From assembly GCA_020137815.1 (NCBI GenBank), contig CM035352.1:8928001-8992000 (forward strand): a DNA stretch of 64,000 nucleotides, read 5' to 3'. The notes below the pieces were generated by a model. The model was given only the letters and a program-made list of their open reading frames with translations. It had not been told where the DNA came from and made no database searches. Below are positions 38,100 through 50,084 of the stretch, piece after piece (the first letter of the stretch is position 1; each line of letters starts with the position of its first letter). Both the position numbers and the translations under genes were made by a program. The DNA comes from Hormiphora californensis. Its lineage: Eukaryota; Animalia; Ctenophora.

Positions 38100-40560
38100 T
38101 TACTTATTGTCTTTATATCTTTTATACCTTTTAAATCTCTACTTTTTACATCTTTTTATGTGAAATAGTAGCCTTATTATATATGGATATTGTATCCGCC
38201 TGTAAAATAGCAGATCTGTTCTGTATAGGGGTTTATTATCCTCACCTAATATTACCTTATATAATTCCCTTGTAGTAAACACTGAACATGATCGTTCCTG
38301 AAGAAGTTACCTCACAGGAGGAAGAGTCACTGCTAACCACCCAAACGATCCGCATAGTATCTACTGTTTTGTATTTTCTATTATCTTCATCTAAAATTAC
38401 CTTGTAGTGAATACTGAACATGGAAATTGATCCAGCACAGGACGTCTCCCGCCAGGAGGAGGAGGTATTATCTGAACAATCAGCATTGTAGCAAATTGTA
38501 GCATTGTAGTGAATGTAGCATTGTAGCATTGTATCATTGTAGCATTGTAGTATTATATCATTGTAGTATTATATCATTGTAGTATTATATCATTGTAGTA
38601 TTATATCATTGTAGTATTATATCATTGTAGTATTAAATCATTGTAGTATTATAGCATTGTAGCATTATATCATTGTAGCATTGTAGCATTGTAGCATTAT
38701 ATCATTGTAGCATTGTAGTATTGTAGCATTGTAGCATTGTAGCATTGTAGTATTGTAGCATTGTAGCATTGTAGTATTATAGCATTGTAGTATTGTAGTA
38801 TTATATCATTGTAGTATTATATCATTGTAGTATTATATCATTGTAGTATTATAGCATTGTAGTATTATATCATTGTAGTATTATATCATTGTAGCATTGT
38901 ATCATTGTAGCATTATATCATTGTAGCATTGTAGTATTGTAGCATTGTAGTATTGTAGCATTGTAGCATTGTAGTATTGTAGCATTGTAGTATTATAGCA
39001 TTGTAGTATTGTAGCATTATATCATTATATCATTGTAGCATTGTAGTATTGTATCATTGTAGCATTATATCATTGTAGCATTGTAGCATTGTAGCATTGT
39101 ATCATTGTAGCATTATATCATTGTAGCATTGTAGTATTGTAGTATTGTAGCATTGTAGTATTGTAGCATTGTAGTATTGTAGTATTGTAGCATTGTAGTA
39201 TTATAGCATTGTAGTATTGTAGCATTATATCATTGTAGCATTGTATCATTGTATCATTGTAGCATTGTAGTGAAACCATGGCGATTGATCCCGGTACTGA
39301 GGATACCGTCACATTGTCACAAGAAGAGGAGGTTCTGTTGTCCACGTAGTCCACTTGTGGATGGCGAAGCCCAATCATCCCATCTTGTTCAAAGCACGAA
39401 TGACTCCAAAGGATAGAGCAAACTTTATATCTTTTATACTTTTTACATCTTTATTTTTTACATCTCTTATATCTTTTGCACCTTTTATATATTTTATACC
39501 TTTTAAATCTTTTTACATCTTTTTATGTGAAATAGTAGCCCTATTATATTTGGATATTGTATCCGCCTGTAAAATAGCAAATCTGTTCTGTATAGGGGTT
39601 TATTATCCTCACCTAATATTACCTTATATATTCCCTTGTAGTGAACACTGAACATTGTTCCAGAAGAAGAAGTTACCTCACAGGAGGAAGAATCGCTGCT
39701 GACCACCCAAACGATCCACATAGTATCTACTACTGCTGAGAAGGGAAGCCAATTCTTCCCAGTGGATAAAGAGAAAATCAGAACAGCTGATGGGCCAGCA
39801 AATCCCCCGTGGATAAGTACAGTGTCATAGATAGCCCACACATGTTGGCATTGTCAACGGAATAAATTAAAATACATGGTAATCCGAGACACCTGGTAGT
39901 GCCATTCTCTTCGCCTGATTCGTCTCTCCAAGGCTAGGACTCCCGGCTCCACTTGCAGTTGACGCCTCGGACCGGCTCCTCTTTCGATCTTTCAGGAGGG
40001 TTGTCATATCTCGGCCAGGGCTGACTGACACCTTCAGGTTGATAGCTCGCCGTCCTACAATTAATGTCCATGCGAGGGTTAGTTTAAGCAAGCCTCCTCA
40101 TAAGCACCCTCTGAGAAGCATGTAGGAGGGTTAGCCGATGACATTTGTCAAAAATTCTTATATTGGTTCGCGGGCTTCGTTTTGCCGCGCTTCGCGCGGC
40201 CAGTGTAGGGGTGGCCGCGTCACCAAATATTTTATATATCTTTTATATCTTTTACATCTTTATTTTTTACATCTTTTTATGTGAAATTGTAGCCCTATTA
40301 TATTTGGATATTGTATCCGCCTGTAAAATAGCAGATCTGTTCTGTATAGGGGTTTATTATCCTCACCTAATATTACCTTATATATTCCCTTGTAGTGAAC
40401 ACTGAACATGATCGTTCCAGCAAGAAGAAGTTACCTCACAGGAGGAAGAGTCACTGCTAACCACTCAAACGATCCGCATCATTACTACTGCAGAGAAGGG
40501 AAGCCAATCCTTCCCAGTGGAGAAGAAGAGAAAATCAGAACAGCTGATGTGAGACAGTAC
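38100..40560 (+). repeat. Three dispersed copies of a ~270-bp spacer+ORF-start module
   Basis: ~38110-38370, ~39480-39790, ~40255-40550: TTTTTATGTGAAATAGTAGCC...CCTTGTAGTGAACACTGAACATG then (M)IVPEEVTSQEEESLLTTQTI. Confidence 0.85.
38484..39270 (+). repeat. 8-bp-period satellite (CATTGTAG / TATTGTAG / TATTATAT variants), ~790 bp
   Basis: Uninterrupted octamer array. Confidence 0.97.
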
Positions 40561-40754
40561 ATTGAGTACCACCTCGACCTCTTGAAAAGCAAGAGGAGAA
40601 TGTACCTAACCGACTTCAGGTCCAGAGTGATCAAATCACTCATAGCATACCTGACACGACCGGGTTTTCGTAATTTTAGCACTAGAGTCCGCTTACCCCC
40701 ATACCCCTCTTCGTCCTTTTTAATCACCCTAATTAATATTCTTTTTCTTCTCAG

Positions 40755-41816
40755 CCATCTGTGGTGAGGGTCGCACCCACTGTCAACCAAAGTGATCATC
40801 CTCAAGGCCATCCTCAGGCACCGGCAGAGACAGAGGTGGTGGCAGATGCACAGCAGGCGGGCGAGGAGGTGACACAGGAACAGCAGGCGGGCGAGGAGGT
40901 GGCGCGGAAACAGCAGGCGGGCGAGGAGGTGGCACGGAAACAGGAGGCAGGCGAGGAGGTGACACAGGAACAGCAGGCGGGCGAGGAGGTGGCGCGGAAA
41001 CAGCAGGCGGGCGAGGTGGCGCAGAAACAGCAGGCGGGCGAGGAGGTGGCGCGGAAACAGGAGGCGGGCGAGGAGGTGGCGCGGAAACAGGAGGCGGGCG
41101 AGGAGGTGACACAGGAACAGCAGGCGGGCGAGGAGGTGGCGCAGAAACAGCAGGCGGGCGAGGAGGTGACACAGGAACAGGAGGCGGGCGAGGAGGTGAC
41201 ACAGGAACAGCAGGCGGGCGAGGAGGTGGCGCAGAAACAGGAGGCGGGCGAGGAGGTGACACAGGAACAGCAGGCGGGCGAGGAGGTGGCGCGGAAACAG
41301 GAGGCGGGCGAGGAGGTGGCGCGGAAACAGGAGGCGGGCGAGGAGGAGGCGCAGGCTCAGGAGGCGGCAGCAGTAGGGCGGGCGGCGGAGCAGCGGGCAT
41401 GGGGGGATGAATCGGATGGGTGGGGCAGCTGGGCAGACGATGATAGCGACGTGGAAGAGGGACGAGATGGCCTGGAGGCGGAGGGGGAGGCGGGGGTACC
41501 AGAGGAAACAGAGTACGAATGGGGCAATTACAGAGGACGGAGGCGAGATGCGGACAATGAGGAGTGGCGGCGCTTCATGTGCCAGCGCTGGTATGGCCGG
41601 ATACAAAGAGAGACAGGAGCTGGCGATCGCGTTGATAATGCATGTGAAAGGGAGGATTGGGCCGCCCTGGCCAGAGCCGTTTTCGGCTACTATGGGATGA
41701 TAGTACCAGAGCAGCAGCAGTACATATACTGTAAGGCGTGTGGGTATTTTGGCCACATCGCAGCGATCTGTGGAAGGTATACCAGATACCTTGGCCGAGA
41801 TCTGCCACGCCAATAA
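40755..41816 (+). CDS. Glu/Gln/Ala-rich decapeptide-repeat protein ending in a CCHC zinc knuckle
   Basis: 351-codon open frame; 30-bp repeat (QQAGEEVARK) ~40850-41360; CKACGYFGHIAAIC = CX2CX4HX4C; acceptor CTTTTTCTTCTCAG| at 40754. Confidence 0.6.
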   Translation, partial: PSVVRVAPTVNQSDHPQGHPQAPAETEVVADAQQAGEEVTQEQQAGEEVARKQQAGEEVARKQEAGEEVTQEQQAGEEVARKQQAGEVAQKQQAGEEVARKQEAGEEVARKQEAGEEVTQEQQAGEEVAQKQQAGEEVTQEQEAGEEVTQEQQAGEEVAQKQEAGEEVTQEQQAGEEVARKQEAGEEVARKQEAGEEEAQAQEAAAVGRAAEQRAWGDESDGWGSWADDDSDVEEGRDGLEAEGEAGVPEETEYEWGNYRGRRRDADNEEWRRFMCQRWYGRIQRETGAGDRVDNACEREDWAALARAVFGYYGMIVPEQQQYIYCKACGYFGHIAAICGRYTRYLGRDLPRQ

Positions 41817-41979
41817 TTTTAACGACATGTTTATTTTTATTTTGAAATGAAATTTTTATAAAACTTCAAGCAAAAATATTTCACTTGACTAAAAAAACAC
41901 TTGGCCGTAGAGGACAATGTACCTAACCGACTAAAGTGAGCGACTCCAATTTCCTATTTGAGGCCTAAAATCTCCTTCC

Positions 41980-42270
41980 CGCCCATAACTATTGATAAAG
42001 TACTTTCGGAACGATACAACAAGTCACGCTGTTATGCTAGCAACGTCAGGGGACACAGTGCAAAAAATGACCAAACGAATGAGTAACTTGCCAACGATGT
42101 CGCGACCAACGTTGTTATAATGGTCGGTACCAATGATCTCCAGAGGCGGTTCGAGCGTCATGTATTTGTTATTTCTTATCGAAAGTTGATATCGGAAATA
42201 AGGAAAACTTGGCAAGCACAGGATTCAAGGATATTTTGTTGTCTAATCCCATACCGATATTGATTTGAGT
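41980..42270 (+). pseudogene. SGNH/GDSL esterase fragment (as found in some LINE ORF1s)
   Basis: NVVIMVGTNDL (block III G.ND) at ~42108-42140, followed by degenerate LISEIRK...IF..CLIPYR. Confidence 0.55.
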
Positions 42271-42800
42271 AAGTCTCGCTTTCAAAGTAACTCGATATTT
42301 GTAGTAATTAAATGAATTTTAAATTTACAATAATTGTGTCTTAAAGTGAGAGAGAACAGCAGGGATTTTCACAAAAAGTTATCTGGATACTCCTTGATGG
42401 CTAACTAAAACTTTAGCGAAAACCGCATGTCTCTAGCATGTTTTTGAAAATCGAGCTAACACATGCGAGACGCACCATTATGGGCCTATAATGGGCGTAA
42501 ATTCATATTGTACATGCAGTTACGCCCATTATGGGCCCATTATGGTGCGTCTCGCATGTGTTAGATCAATTTTCGAAAACCGCGATGGATGTAACATCAA
42601 GTCTGTGTACGATGCGAAAGCATATATAGCAGGGTCAATACTACGTACTTCCTGCGTGAGGGAAAAGAGAGAGAGATGCAGTGCCCTGCCAAGAAAGCTG
42701 GCACAAAGCACCAGAGCGAGGGTCCTCGAAGTATGTGTTGATTAGGATGGAGAGGCTCAGGCTCTCAAAAAATATCCAACCCTTCGTCGGGATCCCCAGC

Positions 42801-44050
42801 CAGGGCTGGCTCCAGGGGGGTGATGCGGGGGGTGCACAGTGTGCTATTTTTCCCAACTCATAAATCAAATCCAATTTTCACAAAGTTTACCCCTAGAATG
42901 AGTTCCTACGATCATTCTAAAACATTTGGTAAAAAAATTTTAGTCCTACCCTGGCCCAATTACGTGGGCCGATGTATGCCCATATATGGGCATATTCATA
43001 TCAAAAAATGTTTTTTGGGGCGTTATTTCGAAAAAAACCACACATATGAATCGCCTCATGAGAACCAGTACAACCATTATTTCCAGTCTGCACCTTCAGA
43101 ACTCTATTTTATAATGAAAAATTTTTTTTTTTCATCTTTTTTTCTTGCACATTTTCCTACTTTGCAGTATTAGTTGAGACGAATTTCAACTTTTTGAGAT
43201 TTTATTTGTCGGAAACCAAATTCCGGTTGTAACCGACTACTTTTGACCTGCTGAACACGATCCCGTTCATGAAAAAGCTCTCAAAATTGAAGAAAATGGC
43301 CAAAATGAACATTTTTAGTCAAAAATGAACATTTTTGGTCCAAAATGAACATTTTCAGGTCAAAAATGACCTTTGGCTAACTTTCATGATACACATCCAT
43401 TCTGATCGGTATCAAACCGCTGAACACGACCCTGACCATAAAAAGTTGATATCAAGAACATGCCAAACACTGGTGTAAAACACACATATTTTCCTTTTTT
43501 CGGTAAAAAAAGTAAACTTTTTTAATCGCCTGGCCCACGTAATTGACATACACTATCCCAATTCCGTTTTCAGGATGTAGTAGACAATTGTCCATAGTTT
43601 CATATCTACCCTTAACCTTTTGGCCAAGTCGACAAAATTTTCACTTAGCACACCCCCCCAAAAATTCTTGGCAGCGAAGCTGCTAAGACTGTCTGAGACC
43701 ATTTGGATTGGGAAACCACCCCAAAAAAACAAAATTTTCAGTAAAATTTTTGACTGATCACAACCTAATTTAAATCACATAGTGAACATCACTGAGTGAG
43801 AAAGAGAGAGCATTGTAGCATTCGTAATTCTAGAAAGTAGACGTCACAAATGATAAAAAACCCTAAAATTTGCTTGATTTAGTTAAAAAATTTCCGGGGG
43901 CCTCGCCCCCTGGACCCCCGGTTGGGGAGCTAGGCCCCCCAAACCCCCCCTGGGCGGAGCTCCCTATGCGCCCCTCGGGCGCTCCGGTCGCAAATGCTAC
44001 TATCCACTGCACCCCCCCCCCCCAGAAATATCGGGCTGGAGCCAGCCCTG
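42801..44050. mobile_element. Non-autonomous hAT element
   Basis: 15-bp TIR CAGGGCTGGCTCCAG / CTGGAGCCAGCCCTG; 8-bp TSD TCCCCAGC. Confidence 0.92.
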
Positions 44051-44883
44051 TCCCCAGCGTATTCAGTACCGGACCCCGAAACAATTAAGCACCTGCGAAA
44101 TGCCAGCCAGTTTTACAAAGAGCAGAAGCAGATGGAAGCACAAGCCACCGCCCAAGCAGTAAGAGTAAGAGAGCTGCTAGGCGACCGTGGCGATGATATT
44201 GAGTTGCCTCGACTTGAACAAACCGGATAAACTATTACATAATATTTTAATTCAAGGCCGCCCCCCCCCCCCTGTTTTTATATGGGTGAAAGAGCCTATT
44301 TATTTATGGAGTCCGGCATTACCGGATTATATCCCTGATGTGCTGCCTCGCTTTACGAACGGCTGTTTCCCACGTGAAGAGAATGAGTCAATATCCTGTC
44401 AGGAGCAACCTCCATTAATACGAGGCCGTGTGTCACACTGGAGGACTCTTCCTTCCACCAAGATAGGAAAGAGCATCAAAGATCCACCAAGATATGTTAA
44501 CCGGGTTTTGCCACTGGGTTCACGAGATATTGTGTAAAAAGTACATTGTACTAGATATCCAAGGAATCGGTTGATCGATCCAATACTTATACTTCAACTT
44601 ATTATTCACTTATTTGTTAACAATGAACGAGTTTAATATCACAACATAATTCATATTGAGGGACCAATCCCAGATATATGTGATAGTGGATGATGAAGAT
44701 TGGCAGTGGCGGGAATAATTCAACGAACAGAACTTTAGTCACGTGCTTGTTAGAGGAAAGAAACTAAGAAAGGCTGGTATACACAGTATCACATTCTCAC
44801 GTGCAGATCAGGCACTTGATTTATGTAACAAGTTTCGCTTAAAGATACCACGAGGTCACAAGGACACCACGAAAAAGCTTACT

Positions 44884-45389
44884 TCTCTATTATAAGTTGG
44901 AGTTGAACGTCGTCGAAGTCGTTCGTTCAGTGCGTTTCTACGCGACTTATCACCTTTCTTTCGTTCCCCAGAAAGGTGATAAGTTTCTGCTGCGTACAGC
45001 TGGTAAGCAAATAATTAGTTTATTATTAGTATATGAGATCGCAGATTGCAGATAGCACATATCATCTAACTGACAACTGTGTTATATCCATGAGTGTAAA
45101 ATTTCGACTGATTCTATTCACACGCCCACCTCCAAATTTTTACACTTACTAGCGCACCCACCGGGTGCGCCTCAAGGATTGGTGTATTCACCCTTTAACA
45201 CAAATTTTTACTGTTGCCATGAAGACTGAGTCGCTAAAATGTGTTTTAAAATAACCACAAACTCCCAAAAGTGTAAATAAAAACTTTACAGCTTTGGTCA
45301 CACATATGTTTTTATGAAGGAGCACTGTCGCGTAGAAACGCACTGAACGAACGACTTCGACGACGTTCATCTCCAAATTATAATAGAGA
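44884..45389. mobile_element. MITE-like element with ~60-bp inverted ends
   Basis: TCTCTATTATAAGTTGGAGTTGAACGTCGTCGAAGTCGTTCGTTCAGTGCGTTTCTACGCGAC and its reverse complement; TSD not resolved. Confidence 0.7.
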
Positions 45390-45480
45390 TAATAACTTAT
45401 TTGTTAACACTGAGTCACGATACAATTCATATTGACCAACCCCAGATTTTCATGAGCGGCACCCCATGCTTAACACAATA

Positions 45481-45751
45481 AAGTCCGATTTTTAATAATG
45501 CGAACCGGGGGTGCGCAAAAAACTTTCCCACGCACCGTGGGAAAGTTTTTTCCGTTTTGTTTCGATCATATCTCTGGCTCCTGATAAGATAAAGACATTA
45601 TCTTGGTTGCATTGAAAAGGTCTTAAAATTATCTTTCCGATACTTCCGGGATCAAGTCTTAAGGTTGTCAGGAACAAAATTTAGCACGTGCAAATAGAAT
45701 TAAGTGGAATTAAGTGCGCGCCCCCCGTTCACATTATTAAAAATCGGACTT
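45481..45751. mobile_element. 271-bp MITE flanked by TA
   Basis: TIR AAGTCCGATTTTTAATAATG(C/T)GAAC.GGGGG. Confidence 0.8.
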
Positions 45752-46144
45752 TATAGGGACAAACGTGACCCATCCCTTGAAGTCCACATACAGGAGAATA
45801 TGTAACATAACGAACGCAATTATTAGGTATTCATTTGTTAGCGGTGAGGACAACCCGTTTGAAACTGTTATATAATTGATTGAATTATTTACTTTTAACG
45901 ATGAAACGGCTACAGGGCAAGCATGGTAGACCTGCAGTGGAGTAGATAAAATGGAAGTATTCGCTGAGACAGTGGAGTTCTTGCAGCAACAGGTGTTCCA
46001 TCGATCCTTCACCCTGGCTGATGTACATCATAAGATTCTGGAATTAAAAAATGGCCGGGAGTGCTACTGTCAGAAAGCCCTTGGAAGTAAACTCCAGGAA
46101 GAGTTTGGAGTTTCACTGGAAGTTCGGAACATAGATATTGCTGG

Positions 46145-46600
46145 TTATATGGTTTTCAGCCTCTTCAGAGCCTATCTACTACAGCTATTGCCTCATGGAC
46201 TCGTATTCAGTGATTTGATCGTTCACGTTCCATATATTACATGTTTTCATTAATAATGGAACAGTTTCCATAATAATGGTATGTCCATTTATTAGGAGGC
46301 GATGAGAAGCCCGCCGAGTTGATTGCTCGTGGGATCATTAGCCACCTCGAGCAATTGGGCATTGATACGAAGGCGATTAGAGTGTGATGGTACCAACACA
46401 AACATGGGACGATGTGGAGGTAAAGCATCACGATTATAACGCATATAAAAAAGAAGTAATTCTGCCATAGAAATTATATATAAGAGAGAAGAGTCCTATT
46501 GAGATTCACTATTCATTTCCATTATTAGAACAAAACCCCTTCCAATAATTCATATATTCTAACTTATGATTCACCAGTAGCTTTTCATGTCACGACCAAG
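46145..46600 (+). repeat. ~450-bp block duplicated at 51015-51444 + 52703-52735; contains a hAT transposase scrap
   Basis: Near-identical sequence; IARGIISHLEQLGIDTK..CDGTNTNMGRCGG resembles the catalytic GCDGT.VNTG..GG motif of hAT-superfamily transposases. Confidence 0.75.
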
Positions 46601-48333
46601 TTCTAAAGTCCTTTTTTTGCAACTGTTCCCCCAAAAACTGAAATTTAGAATTTTTGTGGCGTGTTCTACACGTTAACATGTGATAAACGCGCAAAACAAT
46701 TCCGTGCACGACTTTGGGGGTGAACAGTTGAAAAAAATGGAGTATACTGATCACACAAAACTGCCCAGGCATCTCCGTGATGTCTCTTAGAAGCTTGACA
46801 AAGCCGACCTATCCGAATTGAGAGATTTAACTTCCTCAACACTGTCAAGACAAAGAATAAATTCTATGGGTCCACTTTTCCGGTATCGATAATCGTAAAT
46901 ATACTGAAATGGAAACCGATAGAGAGGAGGCACTGAGGGAACAAGGATCTTCCATCGGAATATGATTCGAAAGGAAAAAGATCCCAAAAGCCACGAGGAG
47001 AGGTGTGACAGGAGCAGATCGAAAAGATTCTTAGCGACGAGACAGGTACCAAGGATGCCGCAACACAGACAGCACCAACACAGACAGCATACAACCCGTC
47101 GCTAGAAGAACTGGCATCGCTTATCAGGCGGCTCCTGGCAGAGCTGAGAAGACGTGAGAGTAACTCAACTCGGGTTGCGCAGTCTCAAGGACTCCGTAGA
47201 AGAAATCACAGATACCAGGCCACCCACCGATAGACTCTCTGTTTGGAGGGGCGTGTGTGAGGATGCTAAACAACATTATTTGTATAACTAATTTAATTAG
47301 TTATATTTTTAATAATGAACGAGTGTAATTAGTAATATCACAATAACTCAGTTTATATTGAGGGAGGGGGCTGAATACATTTGGGAAGCTGAGAGTGAGA
47401 TTTTTGAGTGATTTTGAAATCTGTGAGACTTCGAAGGAGAAAAAAAAGGTTTTGTACCAGGTCTCTTGTAACTTGTTACTACATTTAGTTCATCCACCTA
47501 AGAGAGAACACGCGTTTTATTTGGTCACGGATTTGGTTAAACATCGGAACGCCCCAGACAAACACCCGGCCCCTTACAGCACTGTCTCCAAAAGGAAATT
47601 CTTCGAGATTCTTGGATGGATATCACTAGTAGTCACAGTATGCATGATCAGCTCGGTTATACTTAGACCTTTATACTACCGATATCAGTTATAAGTATAC
47701 ATTTTTTTCTTAGGAAAAGACTGAAGAGAACATCTCCTGTTCCAATACCAAGGTATGGAAGGAAATGGACACCGCGGCAGAAGAGGCACTGAGAGACCTC
47801 AACCTACCACTTCACGGTGAGATTAAGGATATTACGGATCGCCCGTGGCATCATTGGGCACCTGGACAAGCTGAGCATCAACACACATCGCTCAAAATGG
47901 CGACTCCGAAGGGACTGGAAATCCCAATGTTTCAGGAGTGGTTTTTTATCTTCAGCAATTGCTAAAGAGAAAATTAACAATGCTAGTGTGCATGTGCGGC
48001 CTTCACAGGTTAGAGCTAGGTCTGAAGGCCGCCGCTAAACACTTCTCAGAATATTTGTATAATTAATTTAATAAGTTATATTTTTAACAATGAACCGGTG
48101 TAATATCACAATAAGGAACAAGAATCTCCCATCAGAATATACTTCGAAAAGGTCCTAAAAGCCACGAGGAAAGGTAGGAACAGATCACTGTGATTCTGCC
48201 ATAGAAATTATATATTAGAGAGAAATTTAAAAAAATCAACAATACTACTCGGATTCATTTGATCGATGTCCAACTTTAAACTCAGACCTTCCTCAAAGGA
48301 CCCGAGAATTTCAAGACTGGAACTGGAAGTTAA

Positions 48334-48926
48334 AGTAAGAGTGGTGCACCGTATATTTTCACAAAACTTTGTGGATGAACTAGGAGTACCATCAGGACCA
48401 CTGCTATGGTATCGTAAATTTCTAATTCTGTCTCGTTCATTAGTTATGACGTAATTATGGCATTATTTTAACTTTCGTAAAATTGCTCCACGGCAAAATC
48501 TGTGCGTTGTGGATTGAAATGGATGCTTCCATCGTGTTCAGCGTGAAAAAATACCGACAATTATCAAAAATGACCAAAAATGGGAGAAAGAGAGTTTGTT
48601 ATCTTTGGTTTCTTTGGTTGTGTGCGTGCAACGAAGTGTAACAATCTCTCTTTCTCTCATTTTGGTCGTTTTTTATACTTGTCGATATCTCGCGTCACAG
48701 ACAAGGTAGAGACGCTGAACACGATGGAAACATCAATTTCAAACCACAACGCACAGATTTTGCTGTAGAACAATTTTACGAAAGTTAAAATAATGCCATA
48801 ATTACGTCATAACTAATGAACGAGACAGAATTAGAAATTTTCGATACCGTAGCAATGGTCCTGATGGTACTCCTAGTTCATCCACAAACAAAGTTTTGTG
48901 AGAAAACACGGTGTGCCACTCTTGCT
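48334..48926. mobile_element. Palindromic Kolobok-type MITE
   Basis: TTAA|AGTAAGAGTGG ... CCACTCTTGCT|TTAA; ~260-bp imperfect arms. Confidence 0.82.
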
Positions 48927-49027
48927 TTAAGTCTAAAGACGTACTTTTTGAAGTTGTCATCCCCCACCCCCTCTGTTTGTTGCCACCTGTTTATTAACAC
49001 CATTCCCATTTAGTTTAGGGAAGCATC

Positions 49028-49195
49028 ATGCCTTTGAAGAGGTTAATCGTTACCGACGTTACTCACCAACGTAAAGCAACCAACTACCTCAAAGTAGAAA
49101 CCGATTGCGGAGTCTTTGTTACGTTTAAACTCTTCTTGAAGTATCGATTGAGACCCCGGTCAAGGATACTGGCTGTAGTACGCGAGGCCTACTGA
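49028..49195 (+). CDS. MPLKRLIVT family, divergent copy 3 (55 aa, below the ORF-track cutoff)
   Basis: MPLKRLIVTDVTHQRKATNYLKVETDCGVFVTFKLFLKYRLRPRSRILAVVREAY*; 35/55 aa identical to copy 1 by my count; AG again 9 nt before the ATG. Confidence 0.6.
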   Translation: MPLKRLIVTDVTHQRKATNYLKVETDCGVFVTFKLFLKYRLRPRSRILAVVREAY

Positions 49196-50084
49196 TCATA
49201 CCCCAACAGATCCCGGATGAGGATTTATTAATTATTTAATTATGTATATATAAAGCTATGTTCTAATATATAGGAATGTATAAGTTTGGCATATCAAGAG
49301 ATACTGAAATTGAGATATTATTTGAAATCGACTTATAATAACTCTTTCCCAATAATACTTTACTCTTCAGTTGTTTACATCGCTCAACTGGCGACCCCGA
49401 AGAGACTAGAACCCCCAATGTTTCAGGAGTGGTGTTTTTATAATTCAAAGACCATAACCTCCCTTCAATCAGACCTCATTATTGAGGAGCATAGCGTTTA
49501 ATTATTAATTGTAAAAGTTGTTTCAATTTATATTAATTATGTAAACACTCGTTTTATTCATCATGTTACCAAAATGATTTGATGGAAGCGAAAGGTCATC
49601 AACACACATCACACAAATGGCGACCCCGAAGGGACTGGAAATCCCAATGTTTCAGGAGTGGTTCTTTGAAAAAGTGGCCAATATGTTACCTCTTATGTGC
49701 GAGAGTAATTGCGGTGAACAATTAGGACAAGACTGGAGAGAACATCTCCTGTTCCAATACCAAGGTATGGAAGGAAATGGACGGTAGAAGAGGCACTGAA
49801 GGAACTGAGGGAAGCAGGATCTCCCATGGGAATATAATTCGATAGGAAAAAGGTCCTAAAAGCCATGAGGCCCTAAAAGCCATGAGGCCGAATCCAGGCC
49901 TACTGGAGAGAACATCTCCTGTTCCAATACCAAGGTATGGAAGGAAATGGAAACCGCGGCAGAAGAGGCACTGAAGGCACTGATGTCAATTCCACCACCC
50001 TCGTATGAGCCGCCTGCTCCTCAGGAACCGGTCCCCGCACTGGATCTGGCTGAGGGAGATAGGACTGGAGGAGAGAATAAGGGC

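Noticed and set aside
40485-41828. 447-aa and 205-aa minus-strand ORFs
   Set aside because: Antisense shadows of the GC-rich 30-bp repeat; the + frame carries the zinc knuckle.
45951-46140. Possible transposase N-terminal fragment (FTLADVH...YCQKALGSKLQEEFG)
   Set aside because: Vague resemblance to invertebrate transposon proteins but too short to assign by eye.
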